Shown here: positions 27,906-37,851 of the stretch, in pieces
How the letters are laid out: every line of letters begins with the position of its first letter
How positions within the stretch are numbered: the first letter of the stretch is position 1
Source of the DNA: Armatimonadota bacterium
Lineage (GTDB): Bacteria > Armatimonadota > Fimbriimonadia > Fimbriimonadales > GBS-DC
Direction of reading: 5' to 3'
DNA length: 64,000 nt
Assembly: GCA_037444405.1 (NCBI GenBank)
Contig: JBBIML010000007.1
Location: 64,001 to 128,000, forward strand
Notes under the pieces: generated by a model
Seen by the model: only the letters and a program-made list of their open reading frames with translations
What the model was told of the DNA's origin: nothing
Database searches by the model: none
Made by a program: the position numbers and the translations under genes

Positions 27906-29369
27906 ATGGTAAGGGTACGATACGCACCAAGCCCGACAGGAGCGCCCCATGTGGGCAACATTCGCACCGCGCTCTTCAACTGGCTGTTCGCCCGTCATCA
28001 CGGCGGCAAGTTCATCGTGCGCATCGAGGACACCGACCGCAGCCGCTATGTGCCTGAATCGGAGCGCGAAATCTTAGAATCGCTGCGCTGGCTGGGGCTG
28101 GACTGGGACGAGGGACCCGAAGTGGGTGGTCCGCACGCACCCTATCACCAGTCGCAACGGCTGGAGACTTATCGGCAGATTGCGCACCAGCTGGTGGAGG
28201 CGGGCAAGGCGTACAAATGCTTCTGCACGCCCGAAGAGCTGGAGCAGATGCGGGCACAGCAGCGGGCGCAGGGCGCATCCGTCACGATGTACGACCGCCG
28301 TTGCCGACGCCTCACGCCCGCCGAAGTGCGCGCCCGCGAGGCGGACGGACTGCCCTATGTGATCCGGTTTGCCATGCCGCTGGAAGGCACGGTGGAGTAC
28401 GACGACCTGATTCACGGGCGCACCACCTTCCGCAACGCGCTCACCGACGATTTTGTGATGCTCAAATCGGACGGCTACCCGACCTACCATCTCGCCAATG
28501 TGGTGGATGACCACCTGATGGAAATCACCCATGTGATTCGAGGCGACGAGTGGATTTCGAGCATGCCGCGCCATCTCAATCTCTATAGGGCGCTGGGCTG
28601 GGAGCCGCCCCAGTTCGCGCATCTGCCCCTGCTGCTTGGCGTCGACCGCCAGAAGCTCTCCAAGCGGCACGGCGCCGTGCAGTTCACCGAGTTCATTCGC
28701 GACGGCTACCTGCCCGAAGCCATGTTCAACTTTCTCGCGCTCTGCGGCTGGAACCCCGGCGACAACCGCGAGATTCTCAGCCGCGAGGAGATTATTCAGC
28801 TGTTCAGTCTGGAGCGCGTCTCGGATAACCCCTTCATCTTTGATCATAACAAACTGCTCTGGATGAACGGCTATTACATTCGCCAGCTCAGCCCGCAGGA
28901 ACTGGTGGAGCGCTGCCTGCCCTTCCTGCAGGAGGCAGGGCTTCTGCCGCCCGCGCTGGATGACGAGACCCGCGCTTACGCTGAACGGGTCATCCCGCTG
29001 GAGCAGGAGAAGATGAAAACCCTCAAAGATGTGGTGACGCTGACCGACTTCTTCTTCAAAGAGGAGTTCCCGATAGACCAGAGCGCGGTCAAGAAGTGGT
29101 ATGGTCTGCCGCACATCCCGCAGATGCTGGAGGAGCTGATCCGGCGGTATGAGGCGCTGGAGCCGTTTGTGGCGCCCGAGATTGAGCGCGTGACACGCGA
29201 AGTGATTGCCTGGCTGGGTGTGTCGGGCGGGTCTGTGATCCATCCTGTGCGCGTGGCGGTCAGCGGGCGCACGACGGGACCGAGCCTTTTTGAGATGCTG
29301 GAAGTGCTGGGCAAGCCGCGCGTGCTGCGCCGACTCCGCCAGGCGCAACAGTGGGTGTACATAGCATGA
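27906..29369 (+). CDS. gltX: Glutamate--tRNA ligase
   Basis: VRVRYAPSPTG..HVGN, RIEDTD, THVIRGDEW, KLSKR. Confidence 0.97.
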   Translation: MVRVRYAPSPTGAPHVGNIRTALFNWLFARHHGGKFIVRIEDTDRSRYVPESEREILESLRWLGLDWDEGPEVGGPHAPYHQSQRLETYRQIAHQLVEAGKAYKCFCTPEELEQMRAQQRAQGASVTMYDRRCRRLTPAEVRAREADGLPYVIRFAMPLEGTVEYDDLIHGRTTFRNALTDDFVMLKSDGYPTYHLANVVDDHLMEITHVIRGDEWISSMPRHLNLYRALGWEPPQFAHLPLLLGVDRQKLSKRHGAVQFTEFIRDGYLPEAMFNFLALCGWNPGDNREILSREEIIQLFSLERVSDNPFIFDHNKLLWMNGYYIRQLSPQELVERCLPFLQEAGLLPPALDDETRAYAERVIPLEQEKMKTLKDVVTLTDFFFKEEFPIDQSAVKKWYGLPHIPQMLEELIRRYEALEPFVAPEIERVTREVIAWLGVSGGSVIHPVRVAVSGRTTGPSLFEMLEVLGKPRVLRRLRQAQQWVYIA

Positions 29370-30328
29370 GAGACTGGCAGGAGCGATGGAAACAGGCAAA
29401 TCCGCCTTCACACCTCCTCTCGATCAGCGATCTTAATCGGGAGGCGGCGGAGGTGGTGCTGGCGCTGGCGCATGCGATGAAACGCGCCACCCGCGCGGGC
29501 GCCGAGCTGTTCCGATTCGAGAAGCCGACCGCCGTCGCGCTCATCTTCGAGAAGCCCTCCCTGCGCACGCGCGTCACCTTAGAAGTCGGGCTGTATCAGA
29601 TGGGCGCGCACGGCGTCTACCTCACTCAGTCGGACATCCAGATGGGCAAACGCGAGGCGGTGATGGACATCGCTCGCAATCTGGGACGCTGGGTGCAGGG
29701 CATCATCGCGCGCGTCTACCACCATTCAGTGCTGGGCGAGCTGGCGCAGTTTGCGGGCGTGCCCGTCATCAACGCGCTCAGCGACCGCGAACATCCCTGC
29801 CAGGCATTAGCCGACCTGATGACCATTCAGGAGCGCAAAGGCGATCGACCGCTCACGCTGGTGTGGGTGGGCGACGGCAACAATGTGTGCCACAGCTTCA
29901 TCCTGCTTGGCACCCTGCTGGGGCATACGGTGCGCGTGGCGACGCCCGAAGGCTATGAACCCGACGAGCAAATTCTTGCGCAGGCACAGCACAACGCTAC
30001 GCAATCGGGCGGGCAACTCCTGCTCACACACAACCCGCGTGATGCGGTCGCCGACGCCGATGTCGTCTACACCGATGTGTGGGTCTCGATGGGCTACGAG
30101 ACCGAGCGCGAAATCCGCCTGCGCCATTTCCAGCCATTTCAGGTGAACCGCGACCTGATTCGGCATGCCAGACCCGACGCGATTGTGCTGCACTGCCTGC
30201 CCGCCCGTCGCGGTGAGGAGATTACCGACGAGGTGCTGGACGGCGAGCAGTCCGCCGCGTGGGATCAGGCAGAGAACCGCCTCCACACGCAAAAAGCGCT
30301 GATTGCCCTCATGCTCGGCACGGTATAA
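29366..30328 (+). CDS. argF: Ornithine carbamoyltransferase
   Basis: KPSLRTR, HPCQ, DVWVSMG, HCLP, QAENR. Confidence 0.95.
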   Translation: MRDWQERWKQANPPSHLLSISDLNREAAEVVLALAHAMKRATRAGAELFRFEKPTAVALIFEKPSLRTRVTLEVGLYQMGAHGVYLTQSDIQMGKREAVMDIARNLGRWVQGIIARVYHHSVLGELAQFAGVPVINALSDREHPCQALADLMTIQERKGDRPLTLVWVGDGNNVCHSFILLGTLLGHTVRVATPEGYEPDEQILAQAQHNATQSGGQLLLTHNPRDAVADADVVYTDVWVSMGYETEREIRLRHFQPFQVNRDLIRHARPDAIVLHCLPARRGEEITDEVLDGEQSAAWDQAENRLHTQKALIALMLGTV

Positions 30329-30338
30329 TCGGGTCGCC

Positions 30339-31073
30339 ATGCGCACGGACTACTTTCAGCAGGTGCTGACCCGCCTGCAGGCGGTGATGGCGAGCCAGCA
30401 GGCGGCGATGGAGCAGGCGGCGCAGTGGATTGCCGACGCGCTCGCCGACGACCACCTGATCTGGGTGTTCGGCGCGTCGCATGCGGGCATCCTGAGCGAG
30501 GAGCTGGTCTATCGCGCGGGCGGGCTGGCGCCCATCAGCCCCATCTTCATTCCGGGCTTGACCTGCGATGTGCGCCCCATCACGCTCACCTCGTGGCTGG
30601 AGCGGCTCGACGGCTACGCCGCGACAGCAGTGCGCGAGGTGCCCATTCAGGTGGGCGATGTGCTGATTGTGCATTCGGTGTCGGGTCGCAACGCCGCGCC
30701 TGTCGAGGTCGCGCTTTGCGGCAGGGAGCGCGGCGCGAAGGTGATTGCGCTCACCTCGCTCGACTACTCGCAAGCGGTCAGCCCGCGCTCACAAACGGGC
30801 AAGCGGCTGTTTGAGGTTGCCGATCTGGTGATTGACAACGGTGCGCCGCGCGGCGATGCAGTGGTGCAGCTGCCCGATTTTCCCCAGCTGGTGTCGCCTG
30901 TGTCCACCGTGCTGGGCGCGGCGATTCTGAACGCGATTGTAGCGGAGGCATGCGCCATCCTGCTGGAGCGTGGCATCCAGCCGCCTGTGTTCATGTCGGC
31001 GAATCTGGAGGGCGGCGACGCGCATAACGCCCGCTTGATGAACCGCTACCGCGGGCGCGTGCTGTACCTGTAA
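30339..31073 (+). CDS. SIS-domain sugar-phosphate isomerase/binding protein
   Basis: FGASHA, RAGGL, HSVSGRN, IDNGAPRGDA, PVFMSAN. Confidence 0.88.
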   Translation: MRTDYFQQVLTRLQAVMASQQAAMEQAAQWIADALADDHLIWVFGASHAGILSEELVYRAGGLAPISPIFIPGLTCDVRPITLTSWLERLDGYAATAVREVPIQVGDVLIVHSVSGRNAAPVEVALCGRERGAKVIALTSLDYSQAVSPRSQTGKRLFEVADLVIDNGAPRGDAVVQLPDFPQLVSPVSTVLGAAILNAIVAEACAILLERGIQPPVFMSANLEGGDAHNARLMNRYRGRVLYL

Positions 31074-31269
31074 GAGGCGATCTCGGCGTAAATCCAGACG
31101 GGTGAACCCGCTCCTATAAAACAAAGCCAGCCTGCGCTGGCTCCCTGTCGCCTGGGCAGCCTGCTCAAACTACTTCAGCCAATTTTTCTCGCCTCCGTTC
31201 AGATTGGACCATGCCACAGCCGCGCGACCTCTGAAAGGAGAGGGGCTTCTATCCGACAATCAGAGGGTG

Positions 31270-31533
31270 ATGAGTCAGGCAGAAGTGATCGAGCTGGGTC
31301 GGCAGGCGATGCTGGTGGGACTGCAGGTTGCCCTGCCCGTGCTGCTAACAGGGCTGATTGTGGGGCTGCTGGTCAGCATTTTTCAGGCGGTGACGCAGAT
31401 TCAGGAGATGACGCTGCAGTTTGTGCCCAAGATGCTGGCGGTCGGGCTGGTGTTTCTGTTCGCGGGCGGCTGGATGCTGATGCAGCTGGTGGACTTCACC
31501 GTGCGTGTGCTGTCGAACCTGCCGCCGCGATAG
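31270..31533 (+). CDS. fliQ: Flagellar export protein FliQ
   Basis: VGLLVSIFQAVTQIQEMTLQFVPK. Confidence 0.96.
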   Translation: MSQAEVIELGRQAMLVGLQVALPVLLTGLIVGLLVSIFQAVTQIQEMTLQFVPKMLAVGLVFLFAGGWMLMQLVDFTVRVLSNLPPR

Positions 31534-31534
31534 T

Positions 31535-31563
31535 CTGCGCGGAAGCTTCGCTTCCGCAGTCCA
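31535..31563. repeat. GCGGAAGC-N3-GCTTCCGC palindrome (REP-like)
   Basis: Same family as 35483-35513. Confidence 0.65.
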
Positions 31564-31573
31564 TGCTGAGGCG

Positions 31574-32350
31574 ATGGCGTTAGATACGCAGTGGCTGTGG
31601 GCGTTTCTGGTGGCATTTGTGCGGGCGTCGGCGTTGAGCCTGCAGGCGCCCGTGTTCGGCAGTCGGCTCGTGCCTGTGCCGGTGCGCATCGGGCTATCAG
31701 CGGTGCTGGCGCTGGGGCTGGCGCCGATGCTGCGCACCACCGTCGGCGCACCACCCACCGACTGGATACCCCTGCTGACGCGCCTCGTGTCGGAAGCCTT
31801 AATCGGGCTGGTGATGGGCTACGGGGTGAGCCTGATTATCGGCGCGGCGGCGATGGCGGGCGAGCTGCTCGATATGAAGATGGGCTTCGGGCTGATGCAA
31901 CTGCTGAACCCCGTCAGCAGTTTCCCGGCCTCGCTGCTGGCGCAGTTCCACTATCTGCTGGCGATGGTGCTGTTCGCGCTGGTGGATGGACATCACCTGC
32001 TGATGTTGGCGCTGGTGCGCAGTTTTGAGGTGAGCGGCGGCGCCGATCTCACAGCGGTGGCTCAGCGGGGGCTGGCAGGCATGCTGGAACTGACGGGTGG
32101 CGTCATGGTGCTGTGCATTCAGATTGCGGCGCCGGCGGGCGGCGTGCTGCTGATTGTGGATGCGGCGATGGCGGCGGTGTCGCGCGCGGTGCCGCAGGTG
32201 CCCATCTGGCTGGTGGGCATGCCCGCCAAAATCGCGATCGGCTTCGTCGCGCTGGGCGCGAGCCTGCCCGTGATGGTGGGCATCAGCCTGCGCATGACGG
32301 AGCTGACTGCCCGATTCCTTGCCGACTGGCTCAAAGCGCTGGGCGGCTGA
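31574..32350 (+). CDS. fliR: Flagellar export protein FliR
   Basis: APVFG..VP..VR, AGELLD..MG, DGHH, SRAVPQ; follows fliQ. Confidence 0.94.
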   Translation: MALDTQWLWAFLVAFVRASALSLQAPVFGSRLVPVPVRIGLSAVLALGLAPMLRTTVGAPPTDWIPLLTRLVSEALIGLVMGYGVSLIIGAAAMAGELLDMKMGFGLMQLLNPVSSFPASLLAQFHYLLAMVLFALVDGHHLLMLALVRSFEVSGGADLTAVAQRGLAGMLELTGGVMVLCIQIAAPAGGVLLIVDAAMAAVSRAVPQVPIWLVGMPAKIAIGFVALGASLPVMVGISLRMTELTARFLADWLKALGG

Positions 32351-32392
32351 TGGGGCAGGAGAATGCGCGCCCCACGCGGTATCTGTGAAGGG

Positions 32393-33034
32393 ATGATTTT
32401 TGTCAAGATTTGCGGCATCACGCGCCTGCAGGACGCGCAGGTGGCGATCGAGGCGGGCGCGGACGCGCTCGGCTTCGTGTTCGAGCCGCGCAGCCCGCGC
32501 CACCTGCCCCTGCGAGCCGGCTGGCAGGATTGGCTGTCCACTCTCAGAGGCGCCCAGCGCGTGCTGGTGATTGCCGACCCCGCCAACCTGCCCGCCGAAT
32601 GGCAACTGTTTGAGGCAATCCAGTGCAATCTGGTAGAGGGTGTGGATGCCGAATCGCTGAAGCGCATGCTGCCGCCCCTGCCGCTGTGGCTGGCATTGCG
32701 GGTCAAGCCTGCCGACGCGCCCGAATCGCTGCTGGCGGTGATGCGGGCATTCGAGCCGTATGTGGAGCGGTTCGTGCTGGACAGTTATCATCCCACCATG
32801 CCCGGCGGCACGGGCGCTGTTCACGACTGGCGACTGGCACAGATGGTGTGTGCGCAGGCGCCGCGCCCCGTGCTGCTCGCGGGCGGGCTGAACCCCGACA
32901 ATGTGGCGGCGGCGATTCGGCAGGTTCGCCCCGACGGCGTGGATGTCAGCAGCGGCGTGGAGGCGCAACCTGGCACCAAAGATGCCGAAAAAGTGAAACA
33001 GTTCATTCAGCGCGCGCGGACGCAAGGGGTATAA
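32393..33034 (+). CDS. trpF: Phosphoribosylanthranilate isomerase
   Basis: VKICGIT, GFVF..SPR, GGTG...DW, LAGGL, DVSSGVE. Confidence 0.95.
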   Translation: MIFVKICGITRLQDAQVAIEAGADALGFVFEPRSPRHLPLRAGWQDWLSTLRGAQRVLVIADPANLPAEWQLFEAIQCNLVEGVDAESLKRMLPPLPLWLALRVKPADAPESLLAVMRAFEPYVERFVLDSYHPTMPGGTGAVHDWRLAQMVCAQAPRPVLLAGGLNPDNVAAAIRQVRPDGVDVSSGVEAQPGTKDAEKVKQFIQRARTQGV

Positions 33035-33040
33035 TCGCGC

Positions 33041-33322
33041 ATGGTGGCGATGCGTCGGTTGACCGCGATTGTGCGCGGGCGAGTGCAGGGTGTGGGCTAT
33101 CGGATGTTCGTGCTGGAGCATGCGCGACGGCTGGGTTTAAAGGGCTATGTGCGCAATCTGCCCGACGGCGAGGTGGAGGTCGTGGCTGAAGGCGACGAGA
33201 CCGCCCTGCATACGCTGATTGCCCACCTGCAGAGAGGTCCCATCGGCGCGATGGTGCGTGAGGTGGAGACCCACTGGAGCGAGCCGACAGGCGAGTTTGA
33301 GCAGTTTTTCATCGCGCGATGA
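33041..33322 (+). CDS. acyP: Acylphosphatase
   Basis: GRVQGVGYR, GYVRNLPDG. Confidence 0.95.
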   Translation: MVAMRRLTAIVRGRVQGVGYRMFVLEHARRLGLKGYVRNLPDGEVEVVAEGDETALHTLIAHLQRGPIGAMVREVETHWSEPTGEFEQFFIAR

Positions 33323-35475
33323 GAGGGGCGGTTCCCGCACTGCTGTTGTGCCTGCTGATTTCCGCGCGGGCAGAGCCACGCCTGGTGCTGGTGCTGGTTC
33401 ACGAAGGATTGACGCCGGAGCAACTGAGTGGCGACATTCCGCACCAGTCGGCGTGGATGCTGTGGAAGCGCGTGCCAGCGGTGCCCGATACTGCCGAGCC
33501 GTGGCTGATGGGGCGTGCGCTGGTGTTTGCAACGGGGCGTCGGCTGCCCGCGGATGCGAGCGACGGGGTGGTGTTGATGGACAACGCGCCGTTTGAGCGC
33601 GGCACGGCGTGGCAGGCGTTTCGGCGGCGCACGGGGACGACACCGCCCCGACCGGCTCTGCTTGCGCTCAACGCGGGTGGTTTGAGCCGACGGGAGGTGC
33701 TGCAACACACGATGGGCGCACGCCTGCAACGCGCGGGGCTGACAGGACTCTATCTCGTTACGCCCGAATCGCCCCCGCCCAGTCCCTACGCGCTGATCGG
33801 GGTCAACCGCGACGGTTATATGCCCGTGCGCGCCTTCCCCGATTTTGAGAGCATGCGCGTCGCTCTGCCCGCGCTCGACGCCGACTGGGTGCTGATCGAG
33901 ATGGCACGCTGGGACTACGCCGCGCTGGAGCTGCTGATGGCGGAGGGCATCGAAACCTGGGTGGTGAGCCTTCAGCCGCCCGATGGCGGTCTGGACGGCG
34001 TCGCGCGACTGACCGCGATTGTGCGCTATGCCGCCCGTGAGCCGACCGGTCTGCTCACTTCGGCGTCCACACGCTGGACAGGGCTGATTATAGAGGCGGA
34101 CCTTGTGCCGACGCTGACGCGAGCGATTGGGGGCGAATCGGTGAACTGGCGGGAAGCCGACGGCGTGCCCGCGTTCAACGCGAGCGAATCGGACTGGCAC
34201 GCCTTCTGGAACGGGCAACTGCTGCGCACGGGCACGCGCGCCCTGCGCCAGACGATGGGGCTGAGCGACCGCCGCGATATGCTCACCCGGATCGAGGAGC
34301 ACTGGCGCATTCAGCATGAGCTGGCGCCCGTGCTGCTCATTGTCGTCGCCGCGATTGGCACTGTGTGGGTTCTTGGCGGGCTTGGGCTGTGGTGGCTTCA
34401 GCGGCTGGGCGGCTGGCTGCGCTCGTTCTATCGGGTCGGGCTGGCGGTGCTGCTGCTGTTCCCAGCCGTCGCTATCTGGTACAGCTACTGCCCGTTTGAG
34501 CTGTGGACAGGCGATCGGGCAGGCGATGCGTCGGTGCTGGTGGGCTGGCTGGTGGCAGGCTGGGTCGTTTTGAGCCTCGTGATGGCGGCGCTCATCCACC
34601 GGCTGGAGATGCCGCCGCTCAGCGCGGCGGGCGCTGTCGTGCTGCTGGTCATCCTGCTCGATATCTATTTTGCGGGCGGCTATGGCGTCAATCGCTCGCT
34701 GATGGGTCTCTATTTATGGGAGGGGGCGCGCCTGTACGGACTGGACAACACCTATCTGGGGATTGTGCTGCCGCTGGCGCTGCTTGCGCCCGCGAGCTGG
34801 CTGGAGAGCGTCGGGCGCCATCGCCCTGGAGGGCGCGGGCTGATGGCGCTCACGGCGTTCTACGCGCTCCTTATACTTACCTTCGGGCTGCCGATGCTGG
34901 GTTCGAACCTGGGTGCGTGGGCGCCGATGGCGCTGGCGTTCGGCTGGATGCTGAACGCGCTGCTGCCAGAGCACGTATCGGCGAGCTGGCGCACGCCCCT
35001 GCCCGGTCGCTGGTTGCTGCCTGCGTTGCTGGCGCTCGCGTTCATTGCGATGATGCTGGTCGTCTGGCTCGATTCGCGCCAGCACTGGCGGCTACAGTCG
35101 CATTTCGGGCGGGCGTGGCAATCGATGCTGGCAGGCGACTTCGGCATGCTCATCGGGGCGAAGCTGACGGTGGCGCAGCGGGTGATGTTCTCCTTGCCGA
35201 TGATAGCGGCAGTAGTGGGCTTCGGGCTGCTCGCGCTGGCGGTTTGGCAGTGGTTGCGCCTGCCGCTGGTTCGGCTCTGGCACGGCATCAACGCGCTGCG
35301 CTCGGCAATCTATGCCTGTGGGGTGGGCGCAATCGCCGCCGTGCTGTTCAACGATTCGGGGCTGGTGACCGCCGCGCTGATTGCTGGAGGCGTCGTGCTG
35401 TGGCTGCTCGACGCGCTGGTCAGCCAGGTGGAGTGGGTTCAACTGCCCACAAACGGACATCGCAGGGGATTTTGA
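33319..35475 (+). CDS. Large membrane protein (extracytoplasmic N-domain plus about 11 TM)
   Basis: 718-aa ORF coupled to acyP; loops GARLYGLDN, GSNLG, SHFGR, NDSG. Confidence 0.7.
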   Translation: MRGAVPALLLCLLISARAEPRLVLVLVHEGLTPEQLSGDIPHQSAWMLWKRVPAVPDTAEPWLMGRALVFATGRRLPADASDGVVLMDNAPFERGTAWQAFRRRTGTTPPRPALLALNAGGLSRREVLQHTMGARLQRAGLTGLYLVTPESPPPSPYALIGVNRDGYMPVRAFPDFESMRVALPALDADWVLIEMARWDYAALELLMAEGIETWVVSLQPPDGGLDGVARLTAIVRYAAREPTGLLTSASTRWTGLIIEADLVPTLTRAIGGESVNWREADGVPAFNASESDWHAFWNGQLLRTGTRALRQTMGLSDRRDMLTRIEEHWRIQHELAPVLLIVVAAIGTVWVLGGLGLWWLQRLGGWLRSFYRVGLAVLLLFPAVAIWYSYCPFELWTGDRAGDASVLVGWLVAGWVVLSLVMAALIHRLEMPPLSAAGAVVLLVILLDIYFAGGYGVNRSLMGLYLWEGARLYGLDNTYLGIVLPLALLAPASWLESVGRHRPGGRGLMALTAFYALLILTFGLPMLGSNLGAWAPMALAFGWMLNALLPEHVSASWRTPLPGRWLLPALLALAFIAMMLVVWLDSRQHWRLQSHFGRAWQSMLAGDFGMLIGAKLTVAQRVMFSLPMIAAVVGFGLLALAVWQWLRLPLVRLWHGINALRSAIYACGVGAIAAVLFNDSGLVTAALIAGGVVLWLLDALVSQVEWVQLPTNGHRRGF

Positions 35476-35482
35476 AACCTTC

Positions 35483-35513
35483 TGGAGTGCGGAAGCCGTG
35501 CTTCCGCACTCCA
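35483..35513. repeat. 14-bp perfect palindrome (REP-like)
   Basis: TGGAGTGCGGAAGC-cgt-GCTTCCGCACTCCA, intergenic. Confidence 0.8.
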
Positions 35514-35561
35514 TAGGTGCCTGCAAGGATTTCGCCGCCCTTGAGCGAAACAGGGAGTGGG

Positions 35562-36635
35562 ATGCAGATTGCGTTCACGACCTTCACGGTGCAGAAGCGG
35601 TTTCCGCTGACCATCAGTCGGGGCACGACGGCGCAGACCACCAATGTGTGGGTGCGGGTTCAGGCAGATGATATCGAGGGCTGGGGCGAGGCGTCGCCCT
35701 TTTCGATTGGCGACCACCGCCAGCCGACTGAGAGCCTGCTTCGGGCGATGGAGCAAGCGCGCGAACAGCTCGCCGACCTGCACCCCCTGCAGCGCCAGCA
35801 GGTGGAAACGTGCCTGCGCGAGATGGAACTCCCCTCCGCTGCCCGCGCCGCCATCGACATGGCGCTGCTCGACTGGCTGGGCAAACGCGCGGGGCTACCC
35901 CTGTGGCAGCTGATGGGGCTGGCACGCGAGCGGATCGTGCCCACCTCCGTGACGATTGGCATCAACCCGCCCGAAGTCGCCCGCCAGCGCGTGCGCGACT
36001 GGCTCCAGCTCACCCATGCCCGCGCCCTCAAAATCAAGATGGGCAACCCCGACGGCATCGAAGCGGATCAGGCGATGCTGGAAGCCATTCGCGAGGAGCT
36101 GCATAGCCTGAACCAGCGCGTCGCGCTGCGAGTGGACGCGAACGGCGGCTGGAGCCTCGCCGACGCCCAGCGCATGGTTCGCTGGCTGGCGGAGCGCGGG
36201 GTGGAATATGTGGAGCAACCGCTCCGCCGCGGCGAGGAAGACGCCCTGCCCGAACTCTATCGCCACACGCCCATCCCCCTCTTTATCGATGAAAGCTGCT
36301 TCGACAGCCGCGATGTGGTGCGCTTCGCCGACCGCGTTCACGGCATCAACATCAAGCTGATGAAGTGCGGGGGTATCACGGAGGCGGTGCGGATGGTGCA
36401 TACGGCGCGCGCGCTCGGCTTGCAGGTGATGTACGGCTGCTACTCGGACAGCAGTCTCGCCATCAGCGCGGCGGCGCAAATCGCCCCACTCGCCGACCAT
36501 CTCGATCTGGACAGCCATCTGAACCTGTTGAACGACCCGTTCGAGGGCGTGTCGCTGATGGATGGGCGTGTGCTACCGTCGGACGCGCCAGGGCTGGGCG
36601 TGCGGCTGAAAGCGATGCTTAACGACGATGCTTGA
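35562..36635 (+). CDS. L-Ala-D/L-Glu dipeptide epimerase (enolase superfamily)
   Basis: GWGEA, KIK, DANGGW, EQP, DES, NIKLMKCGG, DLD. Confidence 0.9.
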   Translation: MQIAFTTFTVQKRFPLTISRGTTAQTTNVWVRVQADDIEGWGEASPFSIGDHRQPTESLLRAMEQAREQLADLHPLQRQQVETCLREMELPSAARAAIDMALLDWLGKRAGLPLWQLMGLARERIVPTSVTIGINPPEVARQRVRDWLQLTHARALKIKMGNPDGIEADQAMLEAIREELHSLNQRVALRVDANGGWSLADAQRMVRWLAERGVEYVEQPLRRGEEDALPELYRHTPIPLFIDESCFDSRDVVRFADRVHGINIKLMKCGGITEAVRMVHTARALGLQVMYGCYSDSSLAISAAAQIAPLADHLDLDSHLNLLNDPFEGVSLMDGRVLPSDAPGLGVRLKAMLNDDA

Positions 36636-37851
36636 GGGTCTCCGGGCGTGTGTGGGCAGTGAGGGCGTTCTGGACGAAAATGCTCGCTACGCCATCGGTG
36701 GGCGCGAGCCGCCCCTCGTGCTGGCGCCGCAAAGCGAGCAGGAAATCGTCGCCCTGATCGAGCATGCGAAGGGCTATCGGCTGCCATTCGCGATTGCGGG
36801 CAGCGGCACGCACCTTGGCGCGATTTGTCCGCCTGAACCTTACAGCTGGACGCTCTGCACCCTGCGTCTGAACCGATTGATCGACTATGCGCCTGCTGAT
36901 CTGGTCATCACGCTCGGTGCCGGGATGCGCCTGAGCGAGGCGCAGGCGATTCTGGGTCAGCACGGGCAGTACCTGCCGTGGAACCCGCCGCTGCCCGATG
37001 AGGCGACGATTGGCGGGATTGTGGCAAGCGGGCGCAGCGGCGCGTGGCGCTTCCGACACGGCACCCCGCGCGACCGCCTGTTAGCTCTGCGTGCCGTGCG
37101 CGGCGACGGTACACCCTTCAAAAGCGGCGCGAAGGTGGTCAAAAGCGTCGCGGGCTACGACCTCCATCGGCTGATGTGCGGCAGCTGGGGCACGCTCGGC
37201 GTCATCACAGAGATCACACTCAAGGTCGCGCCGTTGCCCCCTGCGCGTCAGGCGGTGCAAATCGCCATCCCCCGCTGGGATTCGGTCGAACCGACGCTCG
37301 CGCAGCTGATGCAGGCGCCCCTCCAGCCTGAGCGACTCGATCTGGTGCGCATCCCATCGCTGACGGGTGTGGAGGCTCCGATTCTGCTGCTGGAGTTCGC
37401 TGGCTCGGAGGCAGGCGTCGCATGGCAACTGCGCTGGCTGCAGGAGCAGGGCTTTGAGGCGAATCCCGTGCCCGCTGAGTGGCTGGAACGACTGCGCGAC
37501 TGGCTCGCCCCGCGCCAGCATCACCTGCTGCTCAAGCTGCTGATGCGCAGCAGTGAGGTCGCCGACTGGATGGCGCGACTGTCGGCTGTTGAGGGTTGTA
37601 ATCTCTATGCCCATGCGGGCAGCGGCGTGCTGTATGTCAGTTGTGAAGCGGATGAGCCAGCGAAGCAGGCGCTTCAGGCGTTGCAGGGCGCGAGTGCGGG
37701 CGTCGGGACGCCGCGCTGGTACGCCCTGCAGATGCTTCCATCCCTCCATGAGGACGAGCTGCCCACACCCCTGCACGCCGAACGCCGTTCACCCCTCGCC
37801 CAGCGCCTTAAAAGCGTTTTTGACCCCCACTCGCTACTGCCTCCGCTGTAG
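36628..37851 (+). CDS. FAD-binding oxidoreductase, GlcE-like
   Basis: ATIGG, KVVKSVAGYDL, GSWGTLGVITE, LKSVFDP. Confidence 0.85.
   Translation: MLEGLRACVGSEGVLDENARYAIGGREPPLVLAPQSEQEIVALIEHAKGYRLPFAIAGSGTHLGAICPPEPYSWTLCTLRLNRLIDYAPADLVITLGAGMRLSEAQAILGQHGQYLPWNPPLPDEATIGGIVASGRSGAWRFRHGTPRDRLLALRAVRGDGTPFKSGAKVVKSVAGYDLHRLMCGSWGTLGVITEITLKVAPLPPARQAVQIAIPRWDSVEPTLAQLMQAPLQPERLDLVRIPSLTGVEAPILLLEFAGSEAGVAWQLRWLQEQGFEANPVPAEWLERLRDWLAPRQHHLLLKLLMRSSEVADWMARLSAVEGCNLYAHAGSGVLYVSCEADEPAKQALQALQGASAGVGTPRWYALQMLPSLHEDELPTPLHAERRSPLAQRLKSVFDPHSLLPPL

Noticed and set aside
27174..28001. ORFs spanning the MITE/REP region
   Set aside because: Translations derive from palindromic repeats; no transposase motifs
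29366..30328. SLRT instead of STRT suggesting an acetyl/succinyl-ornithine transcarbamylase
   Set aside because: The DxxxSMG and HCLP ornithine-binding motifs are canonical OTC
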